Below are positions 16,686-25,644 of a stretch of 64,000 nucleotides of DNA, in pieces. The DNA lies in IMG/VR virus record IMGVR_UViG_3300021399_000155, positions 4,722-68,721 of that record. The stretch is one strand, 5' to 3'. The notes under the pieces were generated by a model. That model was not told the DNA's origin and ran no database searches. It was given only the letters and a program-made list of their open reading frames with translations. The stretch is from a virus. Taxonomy: Duplodnaviria; Caudoviricetes. The translations under genes and the position numbers were made by a program. Within the stretch, counting starts at the first letter, position 1; the number at the start of each line of letters is the position of its first letter.

Positions 16686-18935
16686 CTACTCATGCTTTAC
16701 TCTTTGCTCGACCTCTTTCTGCTTTCCATAGTTAAAATTATGGTAATCCGTAGAAAGATATCCAGTTACACGGCGAAGTCTTCGAATGTTGTCACTTCCG
16801 CACATGGGACAGCAGCCATCAATTTCATCCGTAAATCCACAATTCATACACATATCATTGGGAACGTTTACTGCAAAATATGGAATGTCATGATCCATCG
16901 CATAGTTTACAATCTGTTCAAGAGCATCAATGTTGTTCTTGACGCCACCATCAAGTTCTGTATATGTGATACATCCAGCAGATGAATATCCTGTTAGCTG
17001 ACTTTCAATATCGATTTTTTCGAACGGAGACATCTTCTTCCACACGGGAACGTGCATACTATTAGTAAAGAAATCTCGATCTGAAACATTTGGAATGACA
17101 CCATATGTTTCCTTAAACTTCTTCATAGCTGTATAACACAGATTTTCGGCGGGGGTAAAATATACGCCAAAATTAAGTTTGTATTCATTCTTAAATTCGG
17201 CACAACGATCTTTGAACAGCTTCTCAATCATTTTGGCAACCTCCATACCTTCTTCCGTGGTATGATCCTTGCCAATCAGTATTTGAAGAGTTTCCGCTAA
17301 CCCAAGCTGACCGATAGCAAGCGTTCCGTGTTTTAAGGCAGATCGAATACCTTCTTCCGGGATATATCCTGCCATCGTATTGTTCTCATACATAAACTGT
17401 GCGGCTTCTGGTGGTTGACTGCAAATCCACTCAAAACGCTCAATTAACTGATCTTTTGCTTCATGAATTTTTTGGTCTAAAATATCCATGAAGCAGGAAA
17501 TAGCCATGTCGCCTTTTGTCCATTCGTATTGCGTAACGCAAATATTTTCTTTGCTTGCTTGAGGTAATTGATCCCACAGCTTTTGTTTTGCCATCATGGC
17601 TAAGGTGGGCAGTATGATAGTCACCGGGCAAATGTTTCCACGGCCATCTTTAAGTTGACCAAAACCGTTGATGTCATACCCATTTACTGTCCTACATCCC
17701 ATCGTCGCCATATAGGTCTTGGGATCGTTTTCATCAAATCCTGCGTTTCCACTCCACTCTACGTTTGCATAATTCGGGTACAGCCTACGGGAAGTAGCCT
17801 TTAATGCTAACCTGTATAGATCATAATTCGGAGTTCCAGGTAATCCATTGACTTTCTTCCAATACTGGAAAATGCCGCAAGGAAAGATTGACGTTCTATG
17901 AAGTTTCCCAAGCCCTTCAATCAGCACTTCAAGTAACGCTTTGGTAACCATCCTACCTTCTTGAAGCGTACATGTTCCATAGTCTAAGCTTGAAAAAGGC
18001 AATTGATTGCCCGACCGACTTTGTAGTGTATTCAGGTTGTGATATAACGCTTCTACCGATTGATGTATTTCTCTCTCAAGCATATCCATGGCATATTGAT
18101 AAGGTTCTTGATTACTTATATAGAAATCGTCATCAATTGATAATTGACACATCTCATCCTTGCTTTTTGAAGGAGTCTCCTTATTGATGTACTTTAACCC
18201 ATCAATAAAATGTTTTGCAAAAGACTTTCTGACAAATGGAACCATCGTCCAATCCAAGTGTCCTGCCGCCACGCCGCCGAATTGGTTAAGTGATTGAATT
18301 TGCATGATTACAGCAAGTTGCTGAAATGCCGTGCTCACAGACTGTGGTGGTCTGACATCTGTTTGTTTAACCGTAAATCCCGTCTCGAATAAATCATCAA
18401 AAGGAATTGTTAAACAATTGTGATCTCCAACTGCATAGCTATCCAGATCATGAGTATAAATCATATTATTCTCGTGATTATTTCTAGCCATCTCAGACAT
18501 AAGATCATTTAACGCAACATCTTTTGTCACTTCGCTACATGCTGCCCCCATCCTTCCGCCAAACGTTCTTTCGTCCATATTGGCGTTTGCATTTTGTACA
18601 TCAGAAGCAGATAGCTTTGCCAACACTTTTTTTCTCAGAGAACTCTTTCTTGTTCTGTTTTTATTGCGCTCATCACGATAAATCACGTACAATCTGGCCA
18701 CGTCTTTTCTGTGGCTACCCATTAGCTTTTCTTCTACCTGATCCTGAATGGTTTCAACTTCTATTGTCTCCGGTGAGTTTTGTTCAATATATTTTGCAAT
18801 TTCAGACGCCTTTTCTTTTGCCGCCTGAGTGATTTCACCATCGGCGCTAACAAATGCTTTTAAAACGGCGTCTTTAATCTTGTCCCTATCGAAGGGAACT
18901 TTTCTTCCGTCTCTCTTTATGACAGAAATTCCCAA
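16686..18935 (-). CDS. nrdD: class III anaerobic ribonucleoside-triphosphate reductase
   Basis: N-terminal ATP cone (VIKRDGRKVPF); HNCL; CMNCG..CPMCG; glycyl-radical loop RRVTGYL. Confidence 0.95.
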   Translation of the reverse strand: MGISVIKRDGRKVPFDRDKIKDAVLKAFVSADGEITQAAKEKASEIAKYIEQNSPETIEVETIQDQVEEKLMGSHRKDVARLYVIYRDERNKNRTRKSSLRKKVLAKLSASDVQNANANMDERTFGGRMGAACSEVTKDVALNDLMSEMARNNHENNMIYTHDLDSYAVGDHNCLTIPFDDLFETGFTVKQTDVRPPQSVSTAFQQLAVIMQIQSLNQFGGVAAGHLDWTMVPFVRKSFAKHFIDGLKYINKETPSKSKDEMCQLSIDDDFYISNQEPYQYAMDMLEREIHQSVEALYHNLNTLQSRSGNQLPFSSLDYGTCTLQEGRMVTKALLEVLIEGLGKLHRTSIFPCGIFQYWKKVNGLPGTPNYDLYRLALKATSRRLYPNYANVEWSGNAGFDENDPKTYMATMGCRTVNGYDINGFGQLKDGRGNICPVTIILPTLAMMAKQKLWDQLPQASKENICVTQYEWTKGDMAISCFMDILDQKIHEAKDQLIERFEWICSQPPEAAQFMYENNTMAGYIPEEGIRSALKHGTLAIGQLGLAETLQILIGKDHTTEEGMEVAKMIEKLFKDRCAEFKNEYKLNFGVYFTPAENLCYTAMKKFKETYGVIPNVSDRDFFTNSMHVPVWKKMSPFEKIDIESQLTGYSSAGCITYTELDGGVKNNIDALEQIVNYAMDHDIPYFAVNVPNDMCMNCGFTDEIDGCCPMCGSDNIRRLRRVTGYLSTDYHNFNYGKQKEVEQRVKHE

Positions 18936-18939
18936 TTCG

Positions 18940-19515
18940 TTATCCCTCCTTAGTATATCTACATAATTCCCCGAGTATTTCCATTAATTCCTTCCAATCC
19001 TTACAGCGAAGCCCCGTCCAGTCCCGGTTCCAGCCTTTTTCTTCGCCATAACAAATCTTTATATCCGCATTAGATGTCCTTAGATTGTTCGAGTTATCGT
19101 CAACGATAATCCCGCCGGACATATCAACAGTTGACTTATCCTCACCACAAAGAGAAGTCAACTCGTAACATTGAATGTCCGTAAGATTATTCGATAGCCA
19201 GATCTTCTTTCCTTTTATGTTAGGACTATCTCCAATCGTACAAATTTTCAGATCGTACATCTCTCCTAGCTGTTCAATGAATTGCGGCTCAAAGCTTGGT
19301 ATTACATCAAGAGCATCGAAGAACCTACCCGTATTAAAATAATTACGCAGAGTATGCCTCGTAAGGAAGAATAATTCTTCAAAATCCCACGTATCTATCT
19401 CATCAGGCGAAATATCCTTATATTTGTTGTAAAGAAGATAGTCCTCACGATAAAGCTCACAAACGGCTTTCACCGTATCGGCAATAACGCCATCGAAATC
19501 TAAGAAAAGTTTCAT
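18940..19515 (-). CDS. HAD-family 5'(3')-deoxyribonucleotidase
   Basis: FLDFDGVIAD; IIVDD; WNRDW. Confidence 0.8.
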   Translation of the reverse strand: MKLFLDFDGVIADTVKAVCELYREDYLLYNKYKDISPDEIDTWDFEELFFLTRHTLRNYFNTGRFFDALDVIPSFEPQFIEQLGEMYDLKICTIGDSPNIKGKKIWLSNNLTDIQCYELTSLCGEDKSTVDMSGGIIVDDNSNNLRTSNADIKICYGEEKGWNRDWTGLRCKDWKELMEILGELCRYTKEG

Positions 19516-19844
19516 ATGTTCTCCATAATGAACGACTTACGTTCACCGTTTAACATTGCCATTACATCATCCGCCTCTTTAGTGCCAGCATAGATGTCAA
19601 CGACTCTTCCGATATACAGCTCCTTCAACCACATGACCAGACTACGATAGTCATCATGATCTCCGTGTACGACTACAGTGATTTGTTTTGCGGGATCCAA
19701 CGACACGACTCCCGCAAGATTCTTAGCATCTACAACGTGGTTTCCATCAGTTAGATCAACATCACAAGATAGCTTGCTTGCAGCATTTACTATCTTCTTG
19801 ACATCTTCTAGTGATTTCATATTGATAAGCATTTTCTCCATCAA
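19512..19844 (-). CDS. HPr-family protein (no His15; Ser46 position is Asn)
   Basis: DVKKIVNAASKLSCDVDL...VVDAKNLAGVVSLD aligns with the HPr motif DAKSIMG. Confidence 0.75.
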   Translation of the reverse strand: MMEKMLINMKSLEDVKKIVNAASKLSCDVDLTDGNHVVDAKNLAGVVSLDPAKQITVVVHGDHDDYRSLVMWLKELYIGRVVDIYAGTKEADDVMAMLNGERKSFIMENI

Positions 19845-19846
19845 TA

Positions 19847-20317
19847 TTACCTCTGGTTACAAAAATATACGCCTTCGATGAACAACTGTTCATCATCAGT
19901 GAGCGGTCTAGTGGCAAAGTAGACAGTTTCTGGAACCGTCCACGATGTCTCACCGTTCAGCACCGCTTGAATGTTGGCATAGACACGTTCGTCCGGCCTA
20001 GCTTCATCACGGTAACTCCACACCACAAACTGACCGCTTTCTGAAAGCACTCCGAGGACGGTATCTTCAAATCCCCAATGCTCCACCCTATTGAACACCA
20101 CTTCAATAACCGCTTGTTGGCAAGCATCGGTTTCGCCGCCGGATTCCAACCACACAACCCGGGCAAGCTCATATAATTCGTCCTCTGTAAGAGTTATTCC
20201 CCATCTATTTTGAATTGTCTCTTCTGTGACTTCGCCACTATCATGAACACTTTGCGGCGAAGTAATTATCATGAGAGACACTAAGATAGCAATTATAACT
20301 TTCTCAACTATTCCCAC
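19847..20317 (-). CDS. SleB-like cell wall hydrolase
   Basis: LARVVWLESGGE, AVIEVVFNRV, SGQF; N-terminal signal/anchor. Confidence 0.8.
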   Translation of the reverse strand: MGIVEKVIIAILVSLMIITSPQSVHDSGEVTEETIQNRWGITLTEDELYELARVVWLESGGETDACQQAVIEVVFNRVEHWGFEDTVLGVLSESGQFVVWSYRDEARPDERVYANIQAVLNGETSWTVPETVYFATRPLTDDEQLFIEGVYFCNQR

Positions 20318-20573
20318 ACAGCTCCCCTCCACAGGCAGCATAACCGGCAAGATCCACGAAGCTATCACCAGTTCCGCCGCCGTTCTTAATCCGGGAAATT
20401 TTGAGCAGAGCCATCATCATTGCAACATCGACAGTAGAAATCTCCCTATTAAGATAGGTGCTCCAAAAGTTGGCAATGATCTGAAAGTTAGATTCTGGCG
20501 ATCCATAATCTTGCTCTCTTTTCCCCATTACACATGTTTTGGCGGTATCTAATACTTCTTCCCTAGTCATCAC
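20304..20573 (-). CDS. DUF6378-like phage protein
   Basis: REQDYGSPESNFQIIANFW ... LLKISR ... DSFVDLAGYAA. Confidence 0.7.
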   Translation of the reverse strand: MMTREEVLDTAKTCVMGKREQDYGSPESNFQIIANFWSTYLNREISTVDVAMMMALLKISRIKNGGGTGDSFVDLAGYAACGGELCGNS

Positions 20574-20772
20574 TGTCCTCCCACATATTAAATAGTTTGT
20601 CTTTTACATCTTCCCACGGGACATCCGTATCTGTTCTGACAAGAACCTCATACCAATGTCTTTGGCAGTTATATGTAGAGCTATTTGCTTTTGCAGAACA
20701 TGGGTACGGACAGTTGTTACATGGCATCCAATGGGCAATTTCTTTTATAATCGGGGCAATATCATACTTCAT
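20563..20772 (-). CDS. hypothetical Cys-rich protein
   Basis: internal ATG; CNNCPYPC. Confidence 0.55.
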   Translation of the reverse strand: MKYDIAPIIKEIAHWMPCNNCPYPCSAKANSSTYNCQRHWYEVLVRTDTDVPWEDVKDKLFNMWEDSDD

Positions 20773-21394
20773 TTTTTTCTCCGATGATGAGTTCCTTTGC
20801 ATATGGAAGCGTCTCAATCCACTTGCAGAACTCTTCCGACCATTCGGACAGTGCGTGGTGCTTTCTAGCATGGTAGATGTTTTTCAGTGTTGCGTAGTTT
20901 GCGTCCCAAGTGAACCGATAATTGTATCCCATCGGCATAAGTGCTCTCATTTGGCGGAAGTACTTATAATCCTTTGTTTCATTGTATTTAACCCGAAGCT
21001 CGTTGATGCTGTTAATGAGGCTAATCCAAACGCCAGCCAGATCCTTGTCGCCGTCGCAAGTCGTAAAATCATCAATCGTGAAATCTCTCGATGCTCCCTT
21101 GTGCTGTAAGCTACCAGAGTTTCTAGTTGTTGCAACCTTGTAGGTGTCAAGTTCGGCATCAAAAAAAACAGGTGCCGTAATGTCGCACTGCACATGGATC
21201 ATTCTCATAAACTTTCCGTGATCCGTTCCGGCTTTAGAAAGTGTTGACATCAGCTTCAAGTTGTTCTCCCCGGCATGGAAGTAACCCTCATCATCATAGT
21301 AGCTATCGTCTCTATCGAAAGACAGCTTAGGATTCCTCATCCCCCTGATAGCTCCCTCAAATCCCCATACTTGTACATTTTCGATCTTCACCAT
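20762..21394 (-). CDS. ThyX-like (flavin-dependent thymidylate synthase fold) protein, divergent
   Basis: HGKFMRMIHVQCDITAP..ELDTYKV..NSGS...RALMPMGY..NYATL..IY..RK.HAL.EW pattern; the canonical RHR motif is absent. Confidence 0.5.
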   Translation of the reverse strand: MVKIENVQVWGFEGAIRGMRNPKLSFDRDDSYYDDEGYFHAGENNLKLMSTLSKAGTDHGKFMRMIHVQCDITAPVFFDAELDTYKVATTRNSGSLQHKGASRDFTIDDFTTCDGDKDLAGVWISLINSINELRVKYNETKDYKYFRQMRALMPMGYNYRFTWDANYATLKNIYHARKHHALSEWSEEFCKWIETLPYAKELIIGEKNEV

Positions 21395-21594
21395 GTCTTG
21401 TATTCCTCCGTCTCCAACTGGTGTCTCGCCCAGATGGCGAGCCCTTTCTTCATGTTCGCCTGGTAGTGAATCTTTCCACCGTCATATAAAGAGCAGTTTT
21501 TGCATCCAATGAGTGTGCAGCTAAACTCCTGTCTCCATTGTTCACGGCGATTATCATCTACAAACTTCCCGCAAGGAGCCATTCCTTCTTCCAT
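21388..21594 (-). CDS. hypothetical protein
   Basis: operon packing. Confidence 0.55.
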   Translation of the reverse strand: MEEGMAPCGKFVDDNRREQWRQEFSCTLIGCKNCSLYDGGKIHYQANMKKGLAIWARHQLETEEYKTW

Positions 21595-21983
21595 CAGTCA
21601 ATCCCCTTAATCTTTACGTCAGGAACGGTCAGTGGCATAAAGTCAAGCTCATAAGAATACTTATCAACGCCACACCCACTCAGATCCTCAACGACGTACA
21701 GTGTGTACCCATTCAGGTACACAAAATGCTTCTGATATGTTCCATCCGCAAGCTCGCAGATCACCTCTAACTCGTTGCTACTATTGTTCTTCAACGCAAA
21801 AGTTCCTGTCAGTTGCAGTAAAACTGTATCTGTTCTTGCATTTACAACGGTCAACCGACGTGTAATGTTAAAAGCATCTGCTTCTTGGCTTAAGTTGTAC
21901 TTCACCTTATCTGCCTCACGGCACCCGGCAAGGGCAAAGACTACCATCGCAATGATAGTCAGACTAATAATCAGCTTCTTCAT
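21594..21983 (-). CDS. phage lipoprotein
   Basis: MKKLII..FALAGC lipobox; EADKVKYNLSQEADAFNITRR family. Confidence 0.7.
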   Translation of the reverse strand: MKKLIISLTIIAMVVFALAGCREADKVKYNLSQEADAFNITRRLTVVNARTDTVLLQLTGTFALKNNSSNELEVICELADGTYQKHFVYLNGYTLYVVEDLSGCGVDKYSYELDFMPLTVPDVKIKGID

Positions 21984-22158
21984 AAAATTCCTCCAACTCC
22001 TTCTCACATCTCTCAATCTCCCGGTTGCTCTGATACTGACGGTTCTCCTCGCACCAAGAACACCCGCCATGATTACGACACGTCTTATCAATTGACTTAC
22101 TTCCCGTATATGGTTTCCGTTTCTCTTTTCCGTGTTTAATCGCTTTGTCAAGACTCAT
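21964..22158 (-). CDS. hypothetical protein
   Basis: MSLDKAIKHGKEKRKPY..CRNHGGCSWC, a common phage family. Confidence 0.65.
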   Translation of the reverse strand: MSLDKAIKHGKEKRKPYTGSKSIDKTCRNHGGCSWCEENRQYQSNREIERCEKELEEFYEEADY

Positions 22159-22405
22159 GACTAAACTCCGTAATCCCATCTTCTTTGAGCTTCTCTTTTA
22201 CCCATTTCAGTAAGAAAAGCTCATCCATACAATCATCTAATTTTTCTTCAAGCTCTTCGTTTTCACGTCTGAGCTTGAAGTATCTGGCACTTACCGTATT
22301 GGATATGAATGAGTGGATGATGTATCCAAACCCTACAAGAAGAGAAACTGCGCCAATCGCCGCAAAACAATAAATTAATAGCATTGCTCCTCCTACAATA
22401 TCCAT
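22148..22405 (-). CDS. membrane-anchored coiled-coil protein
   Basis: N-terminal TM. Confidence 0.55.
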   Translation of the reverse strand: MDIVGGAMLLIYCFAAIGAVSLLVGFGYIIHSFISNTVSARYFKLRRENEELEEKLDDCMDELFLLKWVKEKLKEDGITEFSHES

Positions 22406-23004
22406 CTAATTGTTGGTTCACCAACAAACCCTTTTTCCCACACATACCAAGCAGTACACATAGTAGTTACCCAAGACTTCCCGGTCTTAGGATTAACCTT
22501 TTGGTTTTCTGCCCAAGTTGGTGTTCGCTTTGTGTTGACGTAAATATATTTTGGCGGGTATTGTTTGAAAAATTCCTGTCTCTTAGTTCCTTCAAGGAAC
22601 TGTATCTTCAAGAAAAACGCCGCCTGACCACCATCTTTGAGTAGTTCCAGACTTTTGCGGATAAACTTCTCGGCCAACATGAATGGTGGATTAGTGATTA
22701 TCCCGTCAAATTTCTCATCTGTCTGCCAACTTATAAAGTCGTGAACAATCGTTCCCGGATACCCATAATCTTCAATATCAACTCCTACAACTTCACATCC
22801 ATAACTCTTTATTACATCCGCAATATTCCCCGTTGCGACACAAGGTTCAAGATAACGCCCCCAAGGAATAAGTTCGCCGCAGTGTCTCTTGATGAATTTT
22901 CTGACCGCTTCCGGGTTCGTGGTATAGAAATCCTTAGATACTCGTCCATTTGCCGGATTTCCGCCAGCAATATTAGATCCTGTGATACCCATTAAAGCCA
23001 CCAT
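22393..23004 (-). CDS. orphan amino-DNA methyltransferase (N6A/N4C)
   Basis: motif I EPCVATG; motif IV ITNPPF; FLKIQFLEG. Confidence 0.85.
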   Translation of the reverse strand: MVALMGITGSNIAGGNPANGRVSKDFYTTNPEAVRKFIKRHCGELIPWGRYLEPCVATGNIADVIKSYGCEVVGVDIEDYGYPGTIVHDFISWQTDEKFDGIITNPPFMLAEKFIRKSLELLKDGGQAAFFLKIQFLEGTKRQEFFKQYPPKYIYVNTKRTPTWAENQKVNPKTGKSWVTTMCTAWYVWEKGFVGEPTIRWIL

Positions 23005-23225
23005 GAGATAGATGTGTAATACTTTCCGCCAACCATCTGATCTTCAATCCTATAGTCCGCCTTAATAAGCGCTTCGGAGGCATCCGGCGTTAGCTCTCCG
23101 CCATAGACACAAGAATACATCCCATTTCGGGCGGCAACTCGAATACATTCTTCAATTTCTTCTAACTGTTTTGTACTAAAGTCGTTATCCTTTGAAAGCT
23201 TAAAAGCTTCGGCTGCTTTAATCAT
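22992..23225 (-). CDS. hypothetical protein
   Basis: operon packing. Confidence 0.55.
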   Translation of the reverse strand: MIKAAEAFKLSKDNDFSTKQLEEIEECIRVAARNGMYSCVYGGELTPDASEALIKADYRIEDQMVGGKYYTSISWWL

Positions 23226-24130
23226 GAACTTGCCCCCTTATCTGCTTCGTGAATAAGCATTATATCTTTATACATTTTCTCCCCGAAGATCCTCATATAC
23301 TTCTCATGAACCTTCTCCGTCTTCCATGTAAACGGAAGCATGTGGTATGCTACAAGCGCCGATGTATACAGCGTATCGTCCCCCATATTGAAGAACAATG
23401 TTTCATAAGCGCCAACATTTTCATGATGATAGTAATGGGCGTCTTCGGTTACTTCACCTTTTGCGTTTGTAAAACTACGAACGAATGGTTTACCGATATC
23501 ATGTAACAATGCCGCCATTCTCACTCGACTGTTGTTTGTTTCATTGCATACGTCATGGTATACCTTCATCAAATGATTACCCAAGGTCTTTGTGTGATGT
23601 GAATTACACTGATCATAAGAACAGAAGAAGGAAACAATTGGAAGAATTCCTCCGTATGTAAAAGCCCATTCATTAACAATCCGAATTTCGTCCCATCCCT
23701 CAAAATAATATGGCGTCTGAAACTTCTCACGCATATTTCTGATTACCTCTTTGGGGACGTTGCGAGTTCTGCTTTCATTCTGTTTAAGGCATTCGGTATA
23801 CGGAGTTGCCATGATAATGCATCGTTTCTTACATGCAATTCCTTTGTCTGTTAAAGTTTTTAAGAACTTCCGGCGACGCTTTGAATTCAGATTAGTTGCG
23901 TCATAAATTACATTAAGACCATCGGATAAAAGCTTATGTACCCTCTTGTGTAACTCATTGAATACAATTTCGTTCTTTCCTTGTTCATTTTCATCTCCGA
24001 ACAATTCGAGACGGATACTGTCAGATGAGAGAATAAATGTATTGCTCTCTTTATCCGACAGCTCTTTTGCATAATAACTTTTCCCGCTCCCGGGAAGCCC
24101 AACCATCATCGTAAATGTCGGCAAACTCAT
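23222..24130 (-). CDS. P-loop (AAA_33) polynucleotide kinase fused to an HD phosphohydrolase
   Basis: GLPGSGKS, IYDATN; C-terminal H...LLHDIGKP...HENVG. Confidence 0.8.
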   Translation of the reverse strand: MSLPTFTMMVGLPGSGKSYYAKELSDKESNTFILSSDSIRLELFGDENEQGKNEIVFNELHKRVHKLLSDGLNVIYDATNLNSKRRRKFLKTLTDKGIACKKRCIIMATPYTECLKQNESRTRNVPKEVIRNMREKFQTPYYFEGWDEIRIVNEWAFTYGGILPIVSFFCSYDQCNSHHTKTLGNHLMKVYHDVCNETNNSRVRMAALLHDIGKPFVRSFTNAKGEVTEDAHYYHHENVGAYETLFFNMGDDTLYTSALVAYHMLPFTWKTEKVHEKYMRIFGEKMYKDIMLIHEADKGASS

Positions 24131-24313
24131 AACAACCTATCCTTTCAGTCAATCAGACCCGTTGCAAACACAACAACTAGCGCAAGTACAAGGCTCCCCC
24201 AAATCGGGGAAAGAACGGCTAACCATGGCCAGTCGATTACTCCACATAGCTTCAAGACGATAAAAGCAATGCTTAAAAGATCCATAAACGTAATACTCAC
24301 TTTATTTTTCACA

Positions 24314-25090
24314 TCAAAACCCCTCTGCTAATGTCCTAAATGGTTCCCTAGTAATATTCTCTTTTGCCCACCGAAGATAATCGCTGTCACGTTCTTTTAC
24401 TTCGGGAATTGTCATACCCTTATACTTTCCAAAGTCAATCTTATAATCTTCCAGAGTCGGCTGTGCCACTTCGGTGATAGTTCCCGTTTCTACCTGAGAA
24501 AGAATGTCCTTTAGTTCTTGCGGAATGATCCAGTCTATATCTACTCTCGATGAGAGAATGTCACATTCGTGGATTAATTCCTCTGCATAGTTCTTTGGTT
24601 CAGGAAGAACAACTTTACTTCTGTTAGATGTAGTCCATTCCCCGGAATGAGCGGCACACATATCTGCAATGAATGTCTTTTCTTCTTGTGTCAAATCATG
24701 TTTTACTTCTGTCTTTTTAACCCATTCGGCAGCGAGAACTGGATGGTCGTGAACGGTATAAGCAGACCCATTCCAGCCGCATTTTATGGCATCGTGGAAG
24801 AATGGTACGCACCTCATGCAATCCCTCGTGTATGGATTAGCGAACTTCTCCTTGATATGTTTCAGTCGCAGCAAGTGTTCAAGAATCGATGAAAACATAT
24901 ACTCATGATAGATCTGGCCATACTTCTGGCATTGTGTCTTGTTGTGATACTTTCCAGTCGTAGATGACGGCATAGTAAAGATATAGTCCGGGATGTTCTC
25001 ACACATATCTAGGAAGTAATCCCGAACTCTGTCTGTTTCGAATTTGTCGGCGGCAAGCTTGAATACCGCCCTTTTCAGTTCAGGTGTCAT
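24314..25090 (-). CDS. HD-domain phosphohydrolase with a C-terminal FGKYKG domain
   Basis: SSTGKYH, FHDAIKCG, AHSG, CDILSS; DFGKYKGMTI. Confidence 0.7.
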   Translation of the reverse strand: MTPELKRAVFKLAADKFETDRVRDYFLDMCENIPDYIFTMPSSTTGKYHNKTQCQKYGQIYHEYMFSSILEHLLRLKHIKEKFANPYTRDCMRCVPFFHDAIKCGWNGSAYTVHDHPVLAAEWVKKTEVKHDLTQEEKTFIADMCAAHSGEWTTSNRSKVVLPEPKNYAEELIHECDILSSRVDIDWIIPQELKDILSQVETGTITEVAQPTLEDYKIDFGKYKGMTIPEVKERDSDYLRWAKENITREPFRTLAEGF

Positions 25091-25099
25091 ATAAATCTC

Positions 25100-25627
25100 C
25101 TATTTTAAGTATTCTCTTAGGTAATAAGTGAAGTATCCACGGATAAAGAAACCGCTGTACTTCCGATCTTTAACAAAGAACATCGGGATGTCATACCGAT
25201 GCCAAAGGGTATGAACTTTTGCCCAATAAGCCTTATTGTTGTATTTTGTGTCGTAGTTTCCATTAACCAGATCCTCATAAGAAGCGTTCTCTATGAGCAG
25301 AACCTTTCTAGGCGGCGCCAAAGCGAACTCTTTCTCAATCCGATCTCTTTCTTGGGTTAGATTACCACTTAGCTCTTCCAAACTGCCTTTCCGCTCAATC
25401 ATGATCTCGTTATCAAAATATAGATCCCTCTGAATGGAAAGCTCTGGATTTTCTGGGACAAAGAACGAGTAATCCCCATAATCCAGAGCCTTCTTTTTCC
25501 ACGGAATTCCGGCTTTGTCGAAGTAGTTTGTTATGTGATCGTTAACTTGTTCTCTCGTATCAACGAGAATTGTCATGGAACGGATAATATCATCGAATTC
25601 CCGTTCGGTATATTTATATCTACTCAA
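25100..25627 (-). CDS. ERCC4/XPF-domain nuclease (probable resolvase)
   Basis: ILVDTREQ, LDYGDY, IERKGSLEEL. Confidence 0.85.
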   Translation of the reverse strand: MSRYKYTEREFDDIIRSMTILVDTREQVNDHITNYFDKAGIPWKKKALDYGDYSFFVPENPELSIQRDLYFDNEIMIERKGSLEELSGNLTQERDRIEKEFALAPPRKVLLIENASYEDLVNGNYDTKYNNKAYWAKVHTLWHRYDIPMFFVKDRKYSGFFIRGYFTYYLREYLK

Positions 25628-25644
25628 ACCAAAGCATCGTCTCC

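Noticed and set aside
24130-24314. Homopolymer frameshift in a small membrane-protein gene
   Set aside because: Recounting the G5 run gives an intact in-frame ORF
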